Source of the DNA: Gemmatimonadetes bacterium T265 | GTDB taxonomy: Bacteria; Gemmatimonadota; Gemmatimonadetes; Gemmatimonadales; Gemmatimonadaceae | NCBI GenBank assembly: GCA_019973575.1 | Contig: BPUI01000001.1 | Span: forward strand, 1,220,342-1,252,341 | Length of the DNA stretch: 32,000 bases | Reading direction: 5' to 3' | In this document: positions 23,842 through 30,610 of the stretch, in pieces | How positions within the stretch are numbered: position 1 is the first letter of the stretch | How the letters are laid out: each line of letters opens with the position of its first letter | Notes under the pieces: model-generated | Seen by the model: the letters and a program-made list of their open reading frames with translations, nothing else | Database searches by the model: none | What the model was told of the DNA's origin: nothing | Translations under genes and position numbers: made by a program

Positions 23842-24897
23842 CTACCGTCGGGCGCGGCGGACGACCCGTACGATGGCGCGTATCACCGCGCGCGGCCGGT
23901 CGAGCTGAATGTGGTGCCCGGCGTTCGGCACCCGGACCAGCGCGCCCGAGGTCGAGAGGGCCGCGAGCCGCCGCTGCTGCTCGCGGTGCTCGCGCGACAG
24001 CACGGCCGCGACGTCGGGCGGGTACTCGTCCCGGCTGCGCTCCAGCACGACGAGAGGCATGTCGCGGAGCGGGTGCGGCGTCGCCCGCGTCTGGGCGTAG
24101 ACCCGGGCCGCGGTCTCGGGCAGGTAGTCGTCCCCACTCGCGTAATGTGCGGGCTGCGCGAGGGCCCACAGGCGCGCGTGCTGCGCGGCCGGCGGTAGCT
24201 GGTCGTAGGGCGGCTCGATCTTGGGCGGTCCGATCTGCGTCATGAACGTCCGGATCTTCCGCTCTTCGTCCGTGCCCACCTGGTCGGCCGCGCCGACCGA
24301 ATCGCGCGGGGGCGGGACAGCCCGCGGCTGCGCCGCCAGCCGGACTCGCACCAGGCGGCCGCTCTGCGAAAGTTGGGCGTCCTCGCTGAAGGCGTCGACC
24401 AGCACGAGCCCGGCGGTCTCCCGCGGGTACGCCGCCGCGAAGAGCCGGGCGACGAGGCCGCCCATCGACTGGCCGCCGAGTACGTACGGGCCGCGCTCCC
24501 CGGCGGCGGCCAGCAGGCGGTGCAGGTCGTACACCTCCTGGTCGAGCGTCCGGGGCGCCGGCCCCAGGTCGCTCCACGCCTCGCCGCTGCGGTCGTAGGC
24601 GCAGACCCGTGTGGCCGCGGCGACGCCGGGCTGGACGAGGGCCCAGTCGACGGAGAAGTCGCCGGCCCCGGGGGAGAGCACGACCGTCGGCGAGCCGTGC
24701 CCGGCGCGGAGTCCCGTGCAGTAGAGGTGGAGGCGGTATCCGCCGAGGTCGACGAGCCGGCCGGGAGGCCGCGGGGCGGGCGTCGCCGCCGGCGTCGCGG
24801 GCTGGCCGGCGGGCGTCGGCCAGGTGGGGGCGGCGCCCGGCCGCAGGAGTAGGGCGCCACCGCCGAACGCTACGAGGGCGACGAACGTGGGTCGCAC
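23842..24897 (-). CDS. Alpha/beta-fold hydrolase, secreted or membrane-anchored (351 aa)
   Basis: GTG 24897 is preceded by cggag (SD-like). N-terminal hydrophobic VRPTFVALVAFGGGALLL; HG-type oxyanion region VVLSPGAG; nucleophile elbow GQSMGG; C-terminal His in NAGHHIQLD. Confidence 0.85.
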   Translation of the reverse strand: MRPTFVALVAFGGGALLLRPGAAPTWPTPAGQPATPAATPAPRPPGRLVDLGGYRLHLYCTGLRAGHGSPTVVLSPGAGDFSVDWALVQPGVAAATRVCAYDRSGEAWSDLGPAPRTLDQEVYDLHRLLAAAGERGPYVLGGQSMGGLVARLFAAAYPRETAGLVLVDAFSEDAQLSQSGRLVRVRLAAQPRAVPPPRDSVGAADQVGTDEERKIRTFMTQIGPPKIEPPYDQLPPAAQHARLWALAQPAHYASGDDYLPETAARVYAQTRATPHPLRDMPLVVLERSRDEYPPDVAAVLSREHREQQRRLAALSTSGALVRVPNAGHHIQLDRPRAVIRAIVRVVRRARR

Positions 24898-25060
24898 GCG
24901 ACACTCCGGTCGTGGAGGAGGGAACCCCGGCGGGACCGGGCCGCAGTCCCGCGGACGCGAGGGTTCACCAGGCCGCCCCACCGATGGATCGTGCGCACGA
25001 GCGCGCGCACGAATGCGCACGCGCGCACCCGCATGCCCGTCGGCGGGCACGGGTGCCGGA

Positions 25061-25459
25061 TCAGCGCGTGTCCGCCGGCCATACGTGCGACACACCGAGC
25101 TTCCACACGCCCGCGACGGCGCGCGTGGCCCGCACGTCCGCGCTCGGGTCGCCGTCGACCAGCAGCAGGTCGGCGCGGAGCCCGACGGCGATGCGGCCGC
25201 GGTCGTGCAGCCCGAACACCCGCGCCGGCGTCGACGTCGCGGACGCCAGGGCCTCGACCGGACAGAGGCCCGAAGCGACGAGGAGTTCCAGTTCGCGGTG
25301 CAGGCTGGCACCGTGCGCCGTGCCCGGCCCCGGGGCGTTCGTGCCCGCCAGGACCGGCACCCCGGCGCGGGCGAGCGCCCCGACCGCCGCTTCGGCGTCC
25401 GCGAGCCGGTACGCGCTCCAGGGCCCGGGCGGCACCCGGACCGCGAGCGACCCGCGCAT
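25061..25459 (-). pseudogene. C-terminal ~115-130 aa fragment of a metal-dependent amidohydrolase (N-terminal ~300 aa missing)
   Basis: ..AVGALARAGVPVLAGTNAPGPGTAHGASLHRELELLVASGLCPVEALASATSTPARVFGLHDRGRIAVGLRADLLLVDGDPSADVRATRAVAGVWKLG matches the end of Amidohydro_1-type enzymes (GTDa....hG.sl..El.llv.aGl.p.eAL.aAT..pA..lgl...G.i..G..ADlvlvdgdPl.di). There is no room upstream for the TIM-barrel N-terminal part, because the VOC and DUF4199 genes lie within 400 nt. Confidence 0.55.
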
Positions 25460-25541
25460 CGTGGGCGTGAGGTGGGCCGCGACCCGCGGGTCCCGCTCCC
25501 ACCAGGGCGCCGACGCCGCATCGCGCGTGACCCCTTCGAGG

Positions 25542-25769
25542 ACCGCGAGCGGCCGTGATCGCGGCCACGGTCGCGACGACGTCGGGCACGCCGACGTAGA
25601 ACAACGTGGCCGGCGGGTCCTGGCGCACCCCGCCGCGCGGACCGCCGGCGCGGGCCGCGGCGATGGCGTTGTCGGCGCCGACCTGCCAGTCGAACACCTC
25701 CGCGTAGAAGGCGCGGAGCTGGGCGGCGTCGGGGCCGGCGACCTCGAAATACACGATGGGGGCAGCCAT
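25542..25769 (-). pseudogene. VOC (glyoxalase/bleomycin-resistance fold) protein, N-terminal ~76 aa in frame, 3' part frameshifted or lost
   Basis: ATG 25769: MAAPIVYFEVAGPDAAQLRAFYAEVFDWQVGADN...LFYVGVPDVVATVAAITAARG, typical of a VOC beta-alpha-beta-beta-beta module. After about 25542 this frame turns into Arg/Gly junk that runs on without a stop to 24870. A plausible continuation (AVLEGVTRDAASAPWWERDPRVAAHL) lies in the frame of the amidohydrolase fragment. Confidence 0.5.
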
Positions 25770-25834
25770 ACAGAGGACGTTGGGGTGAGTCGTGAGGGGA
25801 GGCGACGGGATCGAGGCTGCTGGTGTTCCTGCCG

Positions 25835-26422
25835 TCATCCGGCCGGCATCCCGGCCGGGGCCGGCGCCTGGTCCGACCGGCCCGGGGCCGGGCGGCGCCG
25901 GCGCTGGGTCGCGGCGGCGGCGACGGCGATCAGGAGTCCGACGGGCAGGCGCTCGAGGAAGGTGATCGCGGCGTTCGCCGCGGGGTTGTCGTACAGGGCG
26001 GCGAAGCGGCGGAGCTCTGCCCGCTTCGCCGCGACGGCGGCCGGCGAGGCGCCCCGCGCCCGGAGCGTGGCGAGGGCATGGCTCTCCATCTCGGCCAAGA
26101 AGTGCGTGCGGTAGACGCGGAAGTAGAGCATCTCCCAAGTCGCCGTATAGCACGCGCTCGCCACGAGCACCGTGAGCGCGCCGACGGCCAGCGCGCGTCC
26201 GAAGCTCACCACGCCGCCCGCCACCCCGTCGCGGTCCGCGCGCACCGCCGCGAAGACGAGCAGGAGCGCCCCGACCATCGTCGCGTAGCCGAGCCACCGG
26301 GCGCGGTCGGGCCCGATCCGGTCTTCCAGGGGCAGGGTGATGACCAGTAAGGCCGACAGCACCGCGCCGGCGAGCAGGCCGTACGTGAGCACTGGCCGCC
26401 GCACCGAGGGCATGAGGGGCAT
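25835..26422 (-). CDS. DUF4199-family membrane protein (195 aa)
   Basis: ATG 26422 is preceded by ccggag (SD-like). Sequence: MPLMPSVRRPVLTYGLLAGAVLSALLVITLPL..., four predicted TM helices, and a C-terminal amphipathic region YFRVYRTHFLAEMESHALATLRARGASPAAVAAKRAELRRFAALYDNPAANAAITFLE, typical of DUF4199. Confidence 0.8.
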   Translation of the reverse strand: MPLMPSVRRPVLTYGLLAGAVLSALLVITLPLEDRIGPDRARWLGYATMVGALLLVFAAVRADRDGVAGGVVSFGRALAVGALTVLVASACYTATWEMLYFRVYRTHFLAEMESHALATLRARGASPAAVAAKRAELRRFAALYDNPAANAAITFLERLPVGLLIAVAAAATQRRRRPAPGRSDQAPAPAGMPAG

Positions 26423-26696
26423 GGGGCACTCCGGTGGAGAGGAGGGATACGCCGCGCGAGGCGCAGCGCGGGACGTACGCGCCGTTCGGTCGGAGGCGCG
26501 CGTCAGGCTGGTAGTACGTGGAGACACGATGCCGCGGGACCTCGGGCGGCGCATCGCCCGGAAGGATGAGGTGCGCGTGGATCGGGTGCGGCCCGGCTGC
26601 AGCGGTCGCCCAGCGGGGGCGGCGCGCACGTCGCCTCATCCTTTCGGGGGAGGGTGCTGCTGCGCCCCGGCCGCGGGCCGCCGAGGGCGTGGCGGC

Positions 26697-27290
26697 TCAG
26701 GGGAGGAGCCCGGCGGCCCGCGCGCTCTGCACGACCTGCGTGCGGCGGCGGGCCCCGAGCTTGTCGAACAGCCGCCCCGCATGGGACTTGACCGTGTGCT
26801 CGCTCACCGCGAGGCGGGCGGCGATCTCGCGCGTGCTGAGCCCCTCGGCGATCAGCGTCAGGATCTCGTGCTCGCGGCGGGTGACGCCGAAGCGGGCGAG
26901 CCGTCGCGCGAGGGGCGTCTGGTCGGTCGCGTCGCGAGCCTCGGTCGTCGGGGCCGCGACCGCCACGGTCGCGGCCCCGGGGAGGGACGACGCTGGGGGT
27001 GGGTCATGCGACACCTCGCGCACGACCTCGCGCACGACCTCGACGGGTACCTCCCGGACGCGTTCGACGACCACCTCGCGCGTCTCGACGCGGAGTTCGA
27101 CCGGCATCGCCGCCCTCGGCCGGACGAACCGCCGGCCGAGCCACACCCCGAGCGCCGCGAATAGCGCGGCGACCAGGCCGCCGTACAGTTGGAGCGCGTG
27201 CTCCACCACCAGGTAGCGGTATTCCACGACCCGGAGCGCGGTGGTCAGCGCGCCCGCGACGAGGCCGTACAGGAGGACGGTCCGCTTCAC
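26697..27290 (-). CDS. Membrane-anchored LuxR/GerE-type transcriptional regulator
   Basis: The C-terminal GerE HTH is LTRREHEILTLIAEGLSTREIAARLAVSEHTVKSHAGRLFDKLGARRRTQVVQSA. Two N-terminal TM helices: KRTVLLYGLVAGALTTAL and LYGGLVAALFAALGVWLG. A repetitive linker reads REVVVERVREVPVEVVREVVREV. I prefer GTG 27290 as the start; TTG 27311 is possible. Confidence 0.85.
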   Translation of the reverse strand: MKRTVLLYGLVAGALTTALRVVEYRYLVVEHALQLYGGLVAALFAALGVWLGRRFVRPRAAMPVELRVETREVVVERVREVPVEVVREVVREVSHDPPPASSLPGAATVAVAAPTTEARDATDQTPLARRLARFGVTRREHEILTLIAEGLSTREIAARLAVSEHTVKSHAGRLFDKLGARRRTQVVQSARAAGLLP

Positions 27291-27526
27291 AGATGCCCGA
27301 GGTAGGAGCAACGCCGCTCGAATCGCGCGGGCCGTCGAGGCGACCGCCGCGCGGCATACGGAGAGTTGCGGTCAAGCATAACGGCGCACTCGCGCGAAAT
27401 CCGGGCGGACGTCCGGCGGCCCAGTCCACCACCCGCGACGGCGACCCAGGGGAGGGACAATCGCCGAACCGGGCCCTGCGTCACAGAGTGAATCGCGGGT
27501 ACGGCTGCGTGGAAAATCTGTCCGGT

Positions 27527-28342
27527 CTACCGGTGGTGTCCCTCGTCCTCGTCGTCTTCGTCGCTGGCGTCACCCGCCCCGAGCCGCCCGCCCGCACCCA
27601 GGCCACCGTCCAGGCCACCGCCTAGACCGCCGCCTCCGCCGCTGCCTCCGCCGCCGGCCTGCCGCGCCTCCTCCCGGCCGCCGCCCTCGCCCCGGCCGCG
27701 CCCCCCCGCGCCAGACGCCCCGGACGGGCGCAGGGGGCCTTGCCGCGGGAGGACGACGTCGGCCGGGAGGGGCTCGAGGCCGAGCGCCGACCGCACGAAG
27801 GCGCGTAGCGCGACCACCAGCTCGTGCGTGTGCACCGGCCGGCCGGCGGCGAGCTCCCGCGCCGCCTGCGCGGCGAGCCGCACGTGCGCCTCGGTCCCGA
27901 GAAGGAAAATGTCCGACAGCGCGGCCTCGACCGCGTCGCGCGTCCGGCGCGCGCGGTCGGAGCCGGCGCCGGGCGCGGGGCCGGCTGTGGAACCGGGCAC
28001 GGGGGACACGCCCGCCGGCGGCCCGGCCCCGTCCCGTCCACCGGCCGGGCCACCGCCGGGGCCGCCGGCGGGGTCGCCGGCGCGGCGCAGGTCGCGCCGG
28101 GGCAGGTCGCGGAGGTGCGTCGGGTCCACGGCCAGGTCGCCGGTGAACGAGCCGCCGAGCGTCTTGTAGGCCGCGATCAGCGTGCGCAGGCGCTCGTTGA
28201 TCTGCCGGTTCTCTCGCTCGCGCCGCTGCTGGATGGTGTACATCGCCAGCAGGCGGAACCCGACGCCGATCAGCGTGGCGAGCGCGAGGCCGACCAGCGT
28301 CGAGAGCACCGCCTGCCAGGACCTGACGTCCACCCCGCGCAT
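27527..28342 (-). CDS. Hypothetical membrane protein with Gly-rich, acidic-tailed C-terminus (271 aa)
   Basis: ATG 28342 follows a strong SD (ggaggaggg, 3 nt spacer). There is one N-terminal TM (WQAVLSTLVGLALATLIGVGFRLLAMY), then a helical region (QRRERENRQINERLRTLIAAYKTLGG; DAVEAALSDIFLLGTEAHVRLAAQAARELAAG). The tail is GGRGRGEGGGREEARQAGGGGSGGGGGLGGGLDGGLGAGGRLGAGDASDEDDEDEGHHR. I recognise no family. Confidence 0.65.
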   Translation of the reverse strand: MRGVDVRSWQAVLSTLVGLALATLIGVGFRLLAMYTIQQRRERENRQINERLRTLIAAYKTLGGSFTGDLAVDPTHLRDLPRRDLRRAGDPAGGPGGGPAGGRDGAGPPAGVSPVPGSTAGPAPGAGSDRARRTRDAVEAALSDIFLLGTEAHVRLAAQAARELAAGRPVHTHELVVALRAFVRSALGLEPLPADVVLPRQGPLRPSGASGAGGRGRGEGGGREEARQAGGGGSGGGGGLGGGLDGGLGAGGRLGAGDASDEDDEDEGHHR

Positions 28343-28835
28343 GCACCCTCCTCCACGTCCGTGGTCCACCTCCGTGGCGCGGCGCCGCAGCTCCGGTCCC
28401 GGTCCGGTACCGGCTCGGCACGCCGGCGCGCGCTCCGCGCTCCACGACTCCCGGCGGCCGCTCGACGCGTTCGACTGAGCCTCCCGCCAACCTACCCGGA
28501 GACGGCGCGGGCGCGCACGTGGGGACCGTGTGACGCCGCCGGCGTGGATGACCCACCAGCCCGGCGCGCGTCGCGCGCGTGAGTCGCGCGGCCGCGACGT
28601 TCCGGCGCCGGGCAGACCCGAGGCGCGGGCCGTCGCACCACGCGTCGACGGCCGGGACCTGCCGAACGTGCTAACGCGCGCCGGCCCGGGCCGCACGCCT
28701 GACCCGAGATTGATGCCGCATCGGCGTGCTGCGAAGCGCCGCCGCGCCGCGCCCGACGCGACCGCAGCGCGGCGCCCTGCCGCGGCAGGCGCCGACCACG
28801 TCGGGGTCACGGCGGCGTCGGGCCCGCGCCCCCGC

Positions 28836-29237
28836 TCACCACGCGTCGGCCGGGGCGTGCCCGTCGAGCGCGAGCGCGGCCCCGACGGCGCCGTGGTGCG
28901 CCTTGGCCCAGCGGGCGAGCGCGTCGAGCACCGGGCGGAGCGTCCGGCCGAACGGCGTGAGCGCGTAGTCGACGCGCCGCGCCCGCCCCCGCGGGCCGGC
29001 CGCCCGCTCGGTGCGCGCGAGCACGCCGTCGCGCACCAGCTGGGCGAGCTGCTCGGCGAGCACCTTGTGCGTCACGCCCGGCAGCGCGGCCTCGAGCGCG
29101 TTGAACCCACGCGCGCCGGCGCGCAGCTCCCAGAGGAGGAGCGGCTTCCAGCGTCCCCCGATCACGTCGAGCGTGAGCTCGACGGGGCAGGTGTACGGGA
29201 CGTCGCGGCGCACGCGACGGGTCAGACGAATGGCCAT
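28836..29237 (-). CDS. HxlR-family winged-helix transcriptional regulator
   Basis: The signature is CPVELTLDVIGGRWKPLLLWELRAGARGFNALEAALPGVTHKVLAEQLAQLVRDGVLART....VDYALTPFG. The gene is divergent from the cupin gene. Confidence 0.88.
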   Translation of the reverse strand: MAIRLTRRVRRDVPYTCPVELTLDVIGGRWKPLLLWELRAGARGFNALEAALPGVTHKVLAEQLAQLVRDGVLARTERAAGPRGRARRVDYALTPFGRTLRPVLDALARWAKAHHGAVGAALALDGHAPADAW

Positions 29238-29299
29238 CGCTGTTGTCGGCTACTCGAGGCGGTTACCCGAACGTGCGTGCTGGCGGGGCGGCCGGACGC

Positions 29300-29319
29300 G
29301 CGCCAAACTGCGCCAAACT
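29300..29319. repeat. Perfect tandem duplication of the 10-mer GCGCCAAACT in the HxlR/cupin divergent promoter region
   Basis: gcgccaaact gcgccaaact occupies 29300-29309 and 29310-29319. It lies 63 nt from the HxlR start and 60 nt from the cupin start. Confidence 0.45.
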
Positions 29320-29378
29320 ACCGCACCGCCCTCCCCGCACACCGGACCACGCGCCCCACCACGCACCGCGGAGCACGC

Positions 29379-29927
29379 ATGACGATCCCACCGCCCCCTC
29401 CGGCCCTCCCGATCTCGCCCGACGACCCGCACCGGCAGCTCGCGGTCGCGCGGCCGAACGCCGACCAGGCGTTGCCCCACATAGGCGTCGTGGGCGACAC
29501 CTACACGATCCTGCTCACGGGGGACGATACCGCGGGCCGCTTCACCCTGATCGACATGCACGTGCCGCCGGGCGGCGGGCCCGCGCCGCACCGGCACGAC
29601 TTCGAGGAGACGTTCAGCGTCCTCGAAGGCGAGATCGAGGTGACGTTCCGCGGGCGGAAGATGGCGCTGCACGCGGGCGAGACGGTCAACATCCCGGCGA
29701 ACGCGCCCCACGAGTTCCACAACGTGACCCGAGCACCGGCGCGGCTGTTGTGCACCTGCGTCCCCGCCGGGCAGGAGGCGTTCTTCCGCGAGATCGGCGT
29801 CTCCGTCGCCGGCCGGACGACCCCGCCGCCGCCGCTCAGCCCGGACGAGCAGGCGGCGTTCCAAGCCAAGGCCGCGGCGCTCGCCCCCACGTACCGCACC
29901 GAGCTGCTCCCGTCCGGGAGCGCGTGA
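29379..29927 (+). CDS. Cupin-domain protein (182 aa)
   Basis: ATG 29379. Cupin motifs are GGGPAPHRHDFEETFSVLEGEIEV (G.x5.H.H..E...G) and GETVNIPANAPHEFHN (G....P....H.N). The upstream 283 codons of the 465-aa ORF are antisense to hxlR plus intergenic junk. Confidence 0.85.
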   Translation: MTIPPPPPALPISPDDPHRQLAVARPNADQALPHIGVVGDTYTILLTGDDTAGRFTLIDMHVPPGGGPAPHRHDFEETFSVLEGEIEVTFRGRKMALHAGETVNIPANAPHEFHNVTRAPARLLCTCVPAGQEAFFREIGVSVAGRTTPPPPLSPDEQAAFQAKAAALAPTYRTELLPSGSA

Positions 29928-30003
29928 CCGCGTGGCGCGCGCGTATTGCGGCGGTGCGCGGCGCGCCCCCCCGGCGGGAGCCGGCTCCGCCGGCGGCGCG
30001 GCA

Positions 30004-30028
30004 ACTGCATGGTACGCTCCCATGCAGT
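30004..30028 (+). promoter_or_regulatory. 9-bp-stem hairpin enclosing the start codon of the downstream small ORF
   Basis: actgcatgg (30004-30012), tacgctc loop, ccatgcagt (30020-30028). The arms are perfectly complementary, and ATG 30022-30024 lies in the 3' arm. Confidence 0.4.
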
Positions 30029-30348
30029 CACCCGATTTCGCACCGCACGCCCCCCAGCCGGATCCCCCCCGGCCGGGCGCCCCGCGGCGCGGCGCGCCCG
30101 CGCCCGAGCGGGCCACAGCGCTTCCCGCGCCCGCGCGGGCTGGCCCCCGCACGCTCACCCGCGCCGGCGTGACGTGGACGGTGACCGAACAGGACGGCGC
30201 GGGCGTGCCCGGCAACGCCGACGGCGCGCGGGGCCCGCGGTGCCTGGTCTTCGCCTCGCCCGAGGCCGTGCGGCGCGTGTGGGACTACCCGCCCGACTGG
30301 CGCGCCCTGCCGGACGACGCCTGCTACGCGCTCAGCTGGCGCACCTAG
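30022..30348 (+). CDS. Hypothetical protein (108 aa), Pro-rich N-terminus, conserved-looking C-terminal half
   Basis: ATG 30022 (MQSPDFAPHAPQPD...). Third-position GC is above 90% by hand count. The C-terminal half (VTWTVTEQDG...RCLVFASPEAVRRVWDYPPDWRALPDDACYALSWRT) has globular-domain composition. Confidence 0.65.
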   Translation: MQSPDFAPHAPQPDPPRPGAPRRGAPAPERATALPAPARAGPRTLTRAGVTWTVTEQDGAGVPGNADGARGPRCLVFASPEAVRRVWDYPPDWRALPDDACYALSWRT

Positions 30349-30610
30349 CACGCGCCCGTCGTACGCGCCCCGAGTGCGCGGACGCAGTCGGCTCCGGAAG
30401 CCGGCAATCCCCAGACGCTGCGCACGAGACGGGTGGTCTCGTGTCCGCGGGATCGTGTCACCGGCCGCCACGTCGCGGCCCTCTCACGAGCCGTGCGCCG
30501 ATGCGAGTCGGACGTCAACTTCCGTACCGCGTGTGGAGGCGCCCACCGTCCACGGAGGGCGCCCGGTCCCGTCGCACGGGAGAGGTTGCCGACCGAGCCG
30601 ACGGCAATGG

